From the NCBI RefSeq assembly GCF_004010195.1, contig NC_057718.1, positions 59,230,838 through 59,265,280 of the forward strand: 34,443 nt of DNA, in the 5' to 3' direction. The notes below the pieces were generated by a model that worked only from the letters and a program-made list of their open reading frames with translations, was not told the DNA's origin and searched no databases. Positions 21,741 through 34,212 of this stretch are shown here, in pieces; position 1 is the first letter of the stretch; each line of letters begins with the position of its first letter. Both the position numbers and the translations under genes were made by a program. This DNA comes from Chiloscyllium plagiosum. Taxonomy: Eukaryota.

Positions 21741-23974
21741 AGTATCGCAGCCTGTCAGAAATCCCAAGCAGAATCCTCTTGGCATCTTTTTCATTTCAAT
21801 TTGATTGGGTGACACTGTGCTGGATGCAACGTCATGCTGTGACAATGCTCATGATACTGGGAGCTGGGGATTCTTTCCCCTTGGTTTCTGATGACATGTT
21901 TTGGGACTATTTTCTTTTGAGCACTGCATTGCAGTCTCCAGAATGCTTTCTTTGGGTGCTGGGGTATTGGTGTCAAGCTTTATGTGGTTTCTGCTAGCTT
22001 TAAATTCTGATTTTTTTTTTAAATGCTTTTTGCCACCTTCCTTAAAACCTGCCACCTTGGCAGCCACCTGGTTGGTTGCGCTGGCCTGTGCTTGGCCACT
22101 TTTGTTGGCGCCACCTGTTCTTTTGTGCAATATAGTTTTAAATATGAGCACACAAAAGAAAAATGCAGAAACCTGAGTTGCACTGAACCCAAGAATGCTC
22201 AGAGGTATGGCATTGGTTATGTCATCTTTGGCTGAATTGAACTGAGAAAACCCGTTTGATCAAACAGAAATTCCAGGCTAATTAGCCAACACACATAGTC
22301 AACAGCTCTGATCGATAGTGACCAACATTGCTTTTGCTTAAATGCCAAAATGGCAAATGAATTGATCATTTGAAGCAAGAAAAACAGAGATGGGTTGTTT
22401 GAACTGACTTGATGAATTGATTTGGTTCCATGCATACAATGAGAGGAATACATACATACTTATGGTCTGTGAGAAAACTGGAATATGGAACTATTTGGTC
22501 GGTTCTGGATTAAAGAGGCTTTACCATATGATTACATTGAAGCAAACAGTCAGAAGATCAAAGATAACTGCTGTCTAAAGGAAAATCAAACTATTGGAAT
22601 CTTTCTCTGAAAATTTAGGGTTTTAAGAAGAGTGAAGAGATAGGTTTGACTGCTTAATTGTGGACAAAGAGACACGGAGGAGCCTTCCATCTATGTCCAT
22701 GGCCTAACAGGGTGAAGTTGCTGTGTGTTTTCAGCTGGAAAATCAGCTGCGACAGAAAGCAGATGTTAAAGTGGAAGCAGCAGCTCACTCTCTCTCTGAG
22801 TGAAGTTTTATTGTGAAAGCTGATAAATTTAAATATCAGGGTTTCTAGCCAGTACCCATCTGAATCTGAAATCTGGCCTGAAGATCATTCTGTGACTCGC
22901 AGCAACTGGATCTTGTTGACAGGAAATCGAAGGAATTATTGAAAGTCAACCATTTTAGCATGTGAATTTGAAGCTGGACAGGGTTTTTCTTTTGCCTTTA
23001 TTTCCCCAAAATCCATGCTATCTTTACAGAGCTATACTGTCTTGCCTTGGACAGGTGTGCATGTAGATCTAAGGGAATATAGTTTAATTCTACTTCATAG
23101 GTTAGCTGCTAATCAGTTTTGCAAGGAATAAGTTTGTTCCTAATAAAAAAATTATTTTGGAGTTTATAAAGAAACCCAGTTGAAGTTTCTTTTCTTCATT
23201 CCCCCCAGGAAACAGTAATAAAAGAAAAACAAACTGATCAGTTTGATGATTAAATATGATACTTACCATTTGGTAAAACTTTGTGAAATTGTCAGCTTGA
23301 TTATCACAAGACTATAAATTACTAGCAATTGTGCTTGTCAGAGATGCAACAACAACCCTTAATTAATGTATCCTCATACGTTCTACATACCATGAAGTTT
23401 GGGTATAGGCACTGTAGAGGCTGCCTTTTTTGACAACACTGTCCTTTTGTCAGAGTCTCCTGCATTTCTGCCTCTGCCTTATCTAAGGGTGACTACTGCC
23501 TGACACTGCAAAGTTTGAATAAGAACTTTGACATATTAGAAATACTGATCTTTGTATTACATCTCTCAAATCCAATTAATCCATCCTCACTTCTCAGATT
23601 CTCAACCGTATGGGATGCTGATTTCAGAGTTTCATCATTGTATACATCACCATTTCATTAACATACATATTGTCAGCATACTAGATTAGGCCAGGACCCA
23701 GGTTAAGGAAAGGAACATGAGGGCCCACAAACGAGGGCCCAGGCCTCTAGTGGGCTCATTGTGCTTTGGTTAAGATCAGGATCCCAAGTCAGGAGCAGCA
23801 CCAGGACCTGAAATTTCTGAATCTACCTGTACAATATCAATATCTGTTTCACCAGATGCTTTCCAATCAATACTTAAAGCATTTCAGGGTCACATAGGAG
23901 ATTGGTAGTCTCACATAATGTCAAGTCAAAATAAAGGTACAATTAATAAGCACTGACACTGCCCACTCCTCATT

Positions 23975-24730
23975 TTAGGAGTCATTGAGTCATAAAGCAC
24001 AGAAACAGATCCTTCGATACATTCACACCACGCCAGACATAATCCCAAACTAAAGTAGTCCCACCTATTCGCTCCTGGCCCACATCCCTCCGAACCTTTC
24101 CTATTCACGTACTTATCAAAATACCTTTTAAACATTGTAATTTTTCCTCAGAAAGTTCATTCCACACATAAACCACCCTCTGAAAAACAGTTGCCCCTCA
24201 TGTTTTTCTGTTTAAAATCTCTCTCATGTCACATTAAACATGTGCAACCTAGTCTTGAAATCCTCTAAACTCGGGAAAATACAACTACCCTTAACTCTAT
24301 CTCTACCTTTCATTATTTGATAAACTTCTATCAAGTCACCTCTCAACTTCCTACACTGCAGCAAAAAAAAAACCCAGCCTTTCTTTATAACACAAACTTT
24401 CCATACTGGGCAACATCCTGGGAAATATCTTCTGAATCCTCTCCAGCTTAAATAATATCCTTTCTGTAACTGGGTGACTAGAATCAGATACAGTATTCCA
24501 GAAGAGGCCTCATCAATGTCAATCTCAACATAACTTTTCAACTCCTATATTCACAGGACTGAGCAATGATGGCAAATGTGCCAAATTAACCACCTTGTCT
24601 ATGTGTTGCAAACTTTCAATGAATTATGGACCTGAACCCCCCACATCCCTCTGTTCCACGCCACGACACAAGGCCCTACCATTAATTGTGTAAGCCTTGT
24701 TTGTTGTACCTCACATTTATCCAGATTGAA
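23975..24730 (-). mobile_element. CR1/HER1 LINE 3' fragment
   Basis: KLRGDLIEVYQIMKG and FKRYFDKYVNRKG motifs; 3' tail. Confidence 0.88.
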
Positions 24731-24829
24731 GCTCAAACTAGAGACCTGGATTTAGCACATTCGTGGCACACAAAATGTTTATAAAATATCAAATTATATA
24801 TTTTTCAAAGTTCTATTTTAGTTTAAAAC

Positions 24830-25890
24830 TCAGTAAACTCGAGTACCTCCCTGGTAAGCAGTTGGGACTGGGTACAATCTAAATTAACTAGTACAGTGGT
24901 AATGCGTCGTTAACCTAAATAAACTACGTACGTGCTTACACCTATAATTCACCCAAATGTCCAGTCTTTTACGTCTATCCATTACCATTCCTGTACGCAA
25001 ACTAGTTCCCGCCCATAAACCTGGCCGAGCCCAGTGTTTATTCTGCGGGCTCCGATCAACAATCGTTACGATGTGCCCAGACAAACTTGGCCAAATGAAT
25101 CCAGCAGGTCAGCAATAAATTAAAGACATTCAGCTTGCCCTGCTACTGCAGAATTCATATAAACTGAAAAGGTGTGGACCAATTTAAATTTTACGGTACA
25201 AGTTTTCAGGGCTGGAACATTTCCATCTCCAGCCACACTTAAAGAACTTTCCCCTCCCTCGCCTTCTCCAGTGGTCTCGTTCTGTTCAATAGCATAGGTT
25301 TGTTTAAAAAGAGCACATTTATACAGACAGAATGTTTAAACGTAGAAGATAAATGGATTAAGCGTGTACTTTACAAACAGGCCGAAGACGGGAGGTCAGG
25401 AGACACCTACACAGTCAGAAGGACTCCAGTCTACAGTGTGGGCTCCAGAGGGTGGGCTGTGATAGGCTGGTGCTTTCTGTTTGAGCCGACTCCCAAGAAA
25501 TGTGATACCCCGGTGACTGGAGTGAGTCCCTGAGAAAGTGAAAGTAAAAGTAAAAAGACAGAGCCGGGACTTCGCCTTCCTGTTTTCTACTTTCAAGCCT
25601 GTAGAGAAGTGCTGTGAAGAAAATCTGGACAGCCAGGAAAGTCACTCTTGCAGTTCTTTCTTATTGCGGGTAGGAATGGTGTGGACTGTACAGAAAACCA
25701 TTTATTCCGCTCTGGTACTCCACCCGGAGACGTGTCTTTCCAAACCCTAACGGCTTAAATAAAAGTGAGGCCCATTGCTCTTATCCTGGTTTTCTAGAAT
25801 TTCTGAACTGCTTCTGGATTAGAACAAAGGAGGAAATGTACCACCGCTACAAGCGTGGGTCTCACTCCGACCTTATGGCTCGAGTAAAGG
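24830..25890 (-). promoter_or_regulatory. Candidate VRK2 promoter / non-coding first-exon region
   Basis: Non-repetitive stretch with visibly more CpGs than the rest of the window, upstream of the first coding exon, whose splice acceptor requires an upstream exon; GAAAGTGAAAGT at 25534-25545 and ETS-like CTTCCTGT at 25576-25583. Confidence 0.5.
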
Positions 25891-25919
25891 GATTGTTCAT
25901 TCTGTATGTCTGTGCCAGT

Positions 25920-26415
25920 GAGTCATAGAAATTACAGCACTGAAACAGGCCCTTGGGACCAACTCGGCTATATGCCGACCAGATATCCTAGCCTAACCTA
26001 ATCTAGTCCCATTTGCCAGCGCCTGAACCATATTCCTGTAAACCCTTTCTATTCCTATACTCATCCAGATGCATTTTGAATGTTGTAATTATACCAGCCT
26101 CTACCACTTCCTCTGGCAGCTCATTCCATACACGGACCATATACCTGAAAAAGTTGTCTGTTGGGTCCCTTTTGAAATTTTCCCCTCTCAACCTAAACCT
26201 ATGCCCTCTAGTTCTGGACTCCCCCATCCCAGGGAAAAGACCTTGTCTATTTACCTTATTCATGCCCCTCATAATTTTGTAAACCTCTATAAGGTCACCC
26301 CTCAGCGTCTGACACTCCAGGGGAAACAGCCCATGCCCTTCATGATTTTATAAACCTCTATAAGGTCGCCCCTCAGCCTCCAGCACTCCAGGGAATACAG
26401 CCCCAGCCAATTTGC
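25920..26415 (-). mobile_element. CR1/HER1 LINE 3' fragment with a 71-bp tandem duplication at its 5' end
   Basis: SRTRGHRF..VRVWNELPEEVVEAG...FKMHLD; diverged repeat units 26262-26332 and 26333-26403. Confidence 0.9.
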
Positions 26416-26582
26416 CTCTCCTGCAGTATTTGGTAATTTCCATTTCATAGCACAGACTTTGTTCTGTTACTTGTAAAGAACTAGGAAATAATTGTGTGAA
26501 TGTACATCTTTTGATGTGATATTCACTATGGTGCTGTAGCCATATGTCAAGTAACAGTAGCCTAAATTGTCCAAAACTGACA

Positions 26583-26706
26583 TAGGAACAAATTACTGCA
26601 GATGCTGGAATCTGTACTGAAAAAAAACTGAAGATCACAGCAGGTCAGATAGCTTGCTTTCTCCCCATGAACGCTAATGTTTCAAGTGTAGATGACTCTT
26701 CATCAG
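26583..26706 (-). mobile_element. Short PLE-type terminal element with hammerhead motif
   Basis: Homologous to 4392-4520; minus strand CTGATGA-A-GAGT-catctac-ACTT-GAAAC-ATT. Confidence 0.7.
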
Positions 26707-26799
26707 TCCAAACCAGATGCAGTGTGTGGGGACATTGCAAAAATTTCTGTGACCTATCATTTTAATGTTGTTTTTCAGCAAGCACAAATGATTCCAACT

Positions 26800-27832
26800 G
26801 AAGCAGGCACCCCAGTGGGCAACTGAGGAGCAGATGGATGAAGAGAGAGGACACTGGAGGCCGGTGTCCAGTGATGTTCCACAGGGATATCTTATTGTTT
26901 ATGATATTCATAAATGATGTAGACAATGCAAGGGGGTGGGGGATGATAAGTAAATTTCTGGATGACACAAACAGTGGCTGGGTGGTTGACAGTGATGAGG
27001 GAGGCCTTGAGTTACGGGCTAATATCGATGGTTTGGCCAGATCAGTGGCAGATGGGGTTTAACCCTGATAAATTTGAGATGATGCATTTTGGAAGAAATA
27101 ACAAGATATGAAAGTGCAAAATGAATGGCAGGACATTGGGAAGCTCGGGGGAACAGAGGGATCTTGGGGTCCTGGTCCACAGATCCATGAAGATGTCTGG
27201 ACAGCATAATAGGGTAGTTGGGAAGGCATACGGCATGCTTACCTTTATTAGCTGAGGCATATGTTATAAGAGCAGGAAGGTTATATTGGAGCTATACAGA
27301 ATTTTGGTTAGGCCACAGTTGGAGTACTGTGTGCAGTTCTCTTTACCACATTAAAGGAAGAATGTAATTGCAGTGGAGGAGTTCCAGAGAAGATTCACCA
27401 TGATGTTGCCTAGGATGGAGCTTTTCAGCTGTAAATAGAGGATAAATAGCTTTGTGTTGTTTTCTATAGAGCGGAGAAAGTTGAGGGTGGTCTAGATTGA
27501 GACATATAAAATTATGAGGGGCATGGATAGGGTGAATAAGAAGCAGCTGTTCCCCTTAGTCAAAGGGTCAAGAACAAGAGAGTTCACTTTTTAAGAAGAC
27601 TTAGTCGGGATTTGTGTACAAGTAATTCCATCCAGAGCGTAATTTTGGATCTGGAATTCCCTGCCAAGGAGAGTAGTTGTGACAGGTAACCTCACAATCT
27701 TTAAAAAGTACTTGGACAAATACTTGCAGTGTCATAACATTCAAGGCTATGGGCCTATTGTGGGAAAGTGTATTTTTGGTGGTACAGACACGATGGGATG
27801 AAGGGCCTCTTCTGGACTCCATGATTCTATGA
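26800..27832 (+). mobile_element. Degenerate CR1 LINE (RT to 3' end)
   Basis: VPQG, LLFMIFINDVD...ISKFLDDT, QRDLGV, LVRPQLEYCVQF remnants; attctatga tail. Confidence 0.9.
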
Positions 27833-27959
27833 CATGTCTATTCCCTCACCCCGCCCCCAAAACCACCACAACCCACCCCCCCCCACACACACACACACAC
27901 TTTTTTAAAACAGTCAATCTACTGAGTCTTGATCAGAGAAGATTTTCCATCAGATTATC

Positions 27960-29150
27960 CAAATCCTGAAAGAAATTCTTAAGTAATCAATGTCTGCCTG
28001 TTGTGCCAATTTGACCTGTGGCAATGAACATTTTTCTTGGGTCACTTTACTTGAAGATAGAAGTCCTGGAACCTTTTCCTGTCATTTCTCCCTCACTTTG
28101 GCTTCACTTGCTCTTTCTCTGACTATAGGAAAGGTTATGACCTTCACTCCTGCCAAATCATTCACCAGTAGTTCAACTCATTTCTACAGGCACATTTTGG
28201 ACAACCCTACAGTTACTGTTCTGGATATTTGGTCACACACAAGGTGAACCCTATTCAAAGACATGGGTCTTTACTCAGTGCTAATACCATTTATTAAAAT
28301 CTTGGTACACTATTGTACACTCTCCAATGGAAAAGTTATACCTTTCCAAAGCAAAAGAGTTTAGTGACTCCTATCTCCTTTACTGTATCTAAATTTTTGC
28401 CTGTCTTATTTGAAGAATATGGAGTTACTTTTTGATAACTCTTTGTAACTCTCAGATATCTTGTCTAACAACCCCACGCTCACATTAATGTGTACTTTGT
28501 CTCAAAATTAAGAGTCAGAATTATAACTTATATTCTTAGTCAGGTCTCCTTTCTTTGCATTAACAGTGTGTGCCCCATTAAGACCCATAGGTTTAGCTTT
28601 AATGTTCAGCAAAGGTGTCCCACTTTGTGACAATGGAAAGATTTAGGCCTTTGGACATTGTTTCCTCCCTGAGCACCGACCTTCCTCAAGTCTGAGGAGG
28701 AGATAATGACATATTTCCAACTGTTTCTGCTCTTGCTACTTGCCTTCCTTTCATCTTCCCCGCTTCTATCCATTTGGGTTTTATGGGAGACCAAGAGTTT
28801 GGATTTGAGGACAACCTTGCAATTGGCAGCTGTCTATCTTACTGTATCAATCTTCTTGTTTTTCTATTTGAGTCTTTGCTATTGGATGGAATTAACTTTT
28901 ACATTCTTCCAAGAGAATTGGCTCCCTCGGGGCTTCATATGCAATCTCCCCCCTTTAATGGCTACATTCAGTGGTCACAATTATTTTGTCATACTTTCTC
29001 AAACTCTGAATTAATCTGCACAGACTGCTTCTGCATACTCCAAAATATCTACCTATAGACTTCAAGGCCACAACTTGTAAGCATTGAGAATATCCTTTTG
29101 TCCCATCTCATAAATCTATAATAAACCTCTTCAGAAAGCAAAATAAGCTT
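27960..29150 (-). mobile_element. Highly degenerate LTR-retrotransposon gag/protease remnant
   Basis: FHCHKVGH zinc-knuckle remnant in ORF 28606-28794; boundaries approximate. Confidence 0.5.
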
Positions 29151-29714
29151 CATAAGCCCTTTTTGTTCAGGGTCTGACCATCATCAGTTGGCCTGTCCTT
29201 CTGAGTCAGTTGATGGAATGGGCCACAGTCAGTCCTAAGCAATCACAAGATGTTATTGTTATGCTGGGGATTAGAGGAAGAGAGGCAATCGCTTTGACAG
29301 GGTTCAAATATGATATGGCAATAAGGACAAGTAGATGTATAGCTTAATTCATGTAGGTGTAGTTATTATGAAAATTGATCAGTGAAGTGATAGTATAAAG
29401 CCGCAATACACTTACAGATGTGATATTCGATTTACGTTGAGCTGTTACGCGAGCTACCGAGGTGCACTCATAAGTTTTTCTTTTTCATTTTGCTGCCACT
29501 GTGTGTACTGTGAAAGGCTATTCATGTCAGGCAGTAATTGGTCTGGTACCCAGCTATGTTTAAATATGGCACTAGTGACAGAAATCATGGAGGGTCCCAG
29601 AGCAGCAAATACTTCTGCCATTAGTAAGTCCCTGATAGAGCAAGTGTGGTGCTATGGAGGTAATGTGCATCTATAATGAGGTGAACAGCAGAGAATTCCA
29701 TCAGTTAGTTCACT

Positions 29715-29980
29715 AGAGCACATGGAGAAAAACCCTCTGCAATTAAAGGGCATAGGTTTAAGGTAAGAGGAAAAATATAAAATGGACTTAAGGAGCAACA
29801 TTTTCAGGCAGAGTGTGGTGCATGTTTGGAATGAGTAACCAGAAGAAGTGATGGAGGCAAATGAATTTAGAGAGTTATGTGCCAAATGCTGTCAAATGGG
29901 ACTGAATTGATTTAGGATATCTGGTTGGCATGGACTGGTTGGACCATAGGGTCTGTTTCTATGCTTTACAACCCTATGAT
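29715..29980 (+). mobile_element. CR1/HER1 LINE 3' fragment
   Basis: GHRFKVR...NIFRQSVVHVWNE.PEEV remnant and 3'UTR. Confidence 0.85.
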
Positions 29981-30795
29981 GATGACTAATTGGCAATTAG
30001 CCAGAGTTTGGTAAAATTCAGCCCACTGGCACTCAGCATACCTTAAGAGTCGAAAATAGACTTCGGATCTGCAAGTATGAGTCTCTAAAAACAAGTGGGC
30101 TAGAGCCAGGCCAGAGGGAAAGATAATAATAAAAACTTTGGTAGGTTGGGGGGTTGAATTTGAGGTCATAGCCAAGTTCTCCACCATAGGAGTTTGATGG
30201 CATTATATAATAAAGAATCAGTAAATTAGTGCTTTTGAAGGTCTGACGGACAGCCTGTCTGTGAACATGAAATGTTGGGAATACGTATCTATAACTAAGG
30301 ACTATCTGGAATATAGCTCGTAAGATTTTGAGCTATTTAGACATTAACTAGACATAAAATATTCTTTTCTTCTTTGAAATAAAGCCATTATTCAATGGTT
30401 TACTTGCTGTTTATGAGAAATCGGGTGACTTCAGAGAAGCAGTCAAACAAAACTTTCAGAAAGGCAAGAGATGGGATTTATTGTCTCAATTATTAGAAAA
30501 TCTGGCTTTGAAGAGGGTGGGCCCTCTATCTTAATGGTCATCTAGCAAACTCCTTTTGGTCTTAGAGTTATGTTTACAGGAGTAAGTGTAAAGAGAATAT
30601 TACAGAAGCCTCTCCCCTGAAATCCTTTACTCAGTAAAACTTCCTCGGAACCTGATAAAGCTTTCAAGCATCTAGTATTGCTGTCTACCTGGTAAAACCT
30701 GCAGGAATGAACTGTGACCAATCCCTAGTGACTTGAATCCAAGTTAATTAGAATCATAGGTGTACAGTTGGCTTCAATCTACAGATTGCTCCCTG

Positions 30796-30830
30796 ACCTG
30801 CTGTGCTTTTCCAGCACCACACTCTCAACT
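30796..30830 (+). mobile_element. Tiny PLE tail fragment
   Basis: cctgacctgctgtgcttttccagcaccacactctc matches ~14596-14625. Confidence 0.6.
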
Positions 30831-33800
30831 TCAATCAACAGCTGTCAACAATTCAGCTTCATCAACAGGAAATCCAATGGATTTGTGAATATGTCATATT
30901 GTATACTTTGTTTATGATTCTTCGCCCAAGGCATTGTTTTTCCCCTTTTATTTTAAATGCAACTTCAGCAGCGATGAATCTTTTTTTGTCTTGTGTGAAC
31001 ATGCCTGAGTGCAGGAATAAGAAGAAATAATTCTATTTCTGGATCATCATTTAGGTTGACATTTAGAAATAAGTCAACTTAAGTTTACCTATCCTTATTA
31101 AAACGTGTTTTTTATTATCTACTCTTCCATTTTGCCATAAAATATTGCTATAATTCCTTGAGATCCTTACAGTCTTGTGACACACTCTTGGGTATCTGTA
31201 TTGTTTTGACAGTTGTGCACACAAGTGTGGCAATAATTGTTGACAGAACATTAGACAACTTAAAACAGCAATAATTGATGGAGACAACTGACAGTCTATC
31301 TTTGTGCAGTGTTGACAAAGGCATTAAGCATGATCAGTCATTGACAATCTTAATGTGCAGAGTTTGTTGCCAATGGAGTAGCCTGTTCAATAATAGCAAA
31401 ATCTGCAGAATGTTGAAATCTGACACAATATTATAACAAAGCCCATCAACAGTTTCACTCAAGAGTTATCAGAAAAGCACTTTCAGGTTAATATCTTAAT
31501 ATTGAGACCTTTGAAAGCTGTTGTTAGTGTGAAAATGATGCTTAAACTATCCATCAAATCATTTCTACTGTCAAGATGGTATAGTACAAGAATCAAGAAC
31601 TGAATATTGTGGGTGTTTATTTTATAGTGAAATCAATCTAACAAGACGCTTTAAATTAAGAGAACAATTCTTCACAGCCATTTCAACCATGGAAATCCAG
31701 CCCATATGTTCATATTTTGTAAAGAAAACTTGAATGTGAGTTGCTGTAGGAAATATCATTTCATAATTTTCCAAAATCAAAGGATCTTCAAACATTTGGA
31801 TGCTCTTAACATCTCCATTTGAGATAACCACGCTCAGAGTTACTATCCATGCAAACTGTTTGCTATTCTATTAAAAATATTCAGACCAGGGTTTGCTTAT
31901 CTTGTTTTTAGGACAGAAATCAAGAAGCATTTGAAAGGTGGTTGTTGATAATTTGCAGAATACGCAGGGCATCAGCAAGGTCAGCATATCTCACTCATCA
32001 CTCATTCTCCCTAAAGTACAACAGTGTGGTTTGGTAAGTCCTCTCAGGAAAGAGTCAAGCACAATGCTGAGGGTGTGGAGTCACATATAGGTCAGACTGG
32101 CTAATAATGACAAATTAGAACATGTGAATTAGGAGTAGGCTATTCAACCAGGTATCAATTTCCTTCTCTAAACGACATCAGTGAACCAGGTGGACTTTTA
32201 AAACACTTTTGTAGCTACCATTTATCTATTAACTTTTGTTTCATTTTGGATTTCTTTCTTTAGCAAATTTAAATGTTCCAGCTTCTATGGTGGATTTTGA
32301 AGTATGCATTCAGATTTGTCACTCTATGACTCTGGATTAATAGCACAGTCACAGAGCTACTATGCTGCCATTGTCAATAGCATTATTTTGTTAAACGGAA
32401 CTGTTACACATATGACCTATTCTCAAACTTGAAATTTGTCTTCTATGATGAAAGCAGAGCTTCCTGCATCCTGAACCAGTTATTGGTTTGTTCATTGTAA
32501 ATAAATAGAGCCATTGTCTATGTATTTACTGGAAATGCTGATGGCAGCCTTTGCATTTTTGACATATCATTAAGTATTATCCATCATTCTGAAAAAAAAG
32601 GAATTATTTAACTATTCATCATATTTCACAAGTTGAAAGTGATTGAGATTTTACAAAGTGGTTCGTGCTAATACCCTATCATGTAAATAATGCAGGTCTG
32701 CTTGAGATCAGTAATGCATGCTGAAATTGGGGATTCTGTGAAATGGATGGTTTTATAACTTAATTTGCAAATAATGTGCATGACATTTCTAGTCATTAGC
32801 AGATCTCAGCTTGGCAACTTTTCCCTTATAAAAGTGTAAGTCTTTATTTCATGTGATAATTTACAAATTAGTGCTTCTTCAATTGCAGAAAAATAAATGA
32901 TGAGGAAGAAAGCAGCTGGCCTTGCCATCATCAGCCTGAGACATGCAAGAATTTTATGAAAAGATTTGAGAAAAAATAAGTGTGAAATGCCTGTGTCCAC
33001 TATTTTTAGTGGGACTGATTAATGCATTTGTATCAGATTCCCATGTATGCAGTTGAGACAAAATTGTTACCTCATTTATTTTAATTGAATTAATGATTTT
33101 GTTAAAATAGCAGACTCAGTTATTTGATAGAATAGCATTAACCATTGGACTAAAAATAGTGGTCAAAGGACTACTGAGCCTTGACAATTAAGAGTTGGTA
33201 GGAAACCTCCAGAGAAACAGTGTAATTCTTTTCCCAGTTGAAGTACAATAAGAAGGGCATGCAGTGCATTTAATTTATCTCGAAAAAAGGGATGCATCTC
33301 TAAGGAACTAAAGTTGTAAGTGCACTCACTATTTTACAGCTTCATAATGTCACGTAGATGATCCGAGATTGGGTGAGTTGAGGGAAATTCAGGTTATGAG
33401 AGACTTTAAGCTCTTAGGTGTATTTTATTGAAATGAGATACCAAGCAATGCACAAATGGAAATATTGTACAGACAGCCAACTCTTGAGTTCTTTTGAATT
33501 AAATTATTATTGAAGGAAATATAATCCTCAGTGCCAAGGCATCAGGATTATGGAATTTTCCATCACCCTGTAGCAAAACTTGCAATCTTTTTTCTGAAAT
33601 ATCCACTTGTGCTTTCCAACAGTACTCAAAAGAAAGCATTTTACAATGCTCCCACACAGCAATAAGTTTGCTTCCCTAATTCAGTAAAAACATCTCACCC
33701 ATAAAAACGGCATTTCATGTTAATGCTATCTTACTAATGCAGTCGTCTTCAATATCTTTTTCAAGAAAGTCATCTCTCCATCTAATTCATTAACATTTTA

Positions 33801-34212
33801 CTTATTTTTAACTTTGATAATTTTTTTTCTTTCCTGATGTACTGTTGACCTCTCTTTTAAAGTTGAGAGGTCAACCTTTACATTCCGATCAACTTCTGCT
33901 CCAGCTGTAACTTCTCCCTGAGAATATTATCATTGTGTGTCAGCTCCATGTTTATATCTTTCAAAACTTCCTGATGAAATTCCTCCATATTGACTTTTGC
34001 TCAATGCTCTGACCAAAGTCACCAACAATGTATGTTATAAGGAAGGTGTGCAATTCCTTGCTTCCTATCACAATCTCATTTCCGCGGTTTGATAAAACGT
34101 ACCATCATCTCTCAACTACCATGAAGCTGTACAGAGCTGTCCGTGCTGATTCAACCCTTATTAACTCAGCCACAGTGCATCTCTAGCAATAACTTGTCTC
34201 CCCATTCCTAAA

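Noticed and set aside
21849..22151. Lys/Ala-rich 100-aa ORF superficially like histone H1
   Set aside because: No globular-domain motifs; lysines come partly from a poly-T run; no convincing splice signals
22470..23260. Possible long solo LTR
   Set aside because: Composition is suggestive, but I could not define TG...CA ends or a TSD
32060..32200. Similarity to 2372-2440 (ggagtc...ttcc.t.aa.g.c...tgaa)
   Set aside because: Probably an old interspersed repeat; too degenerate to bound or classify
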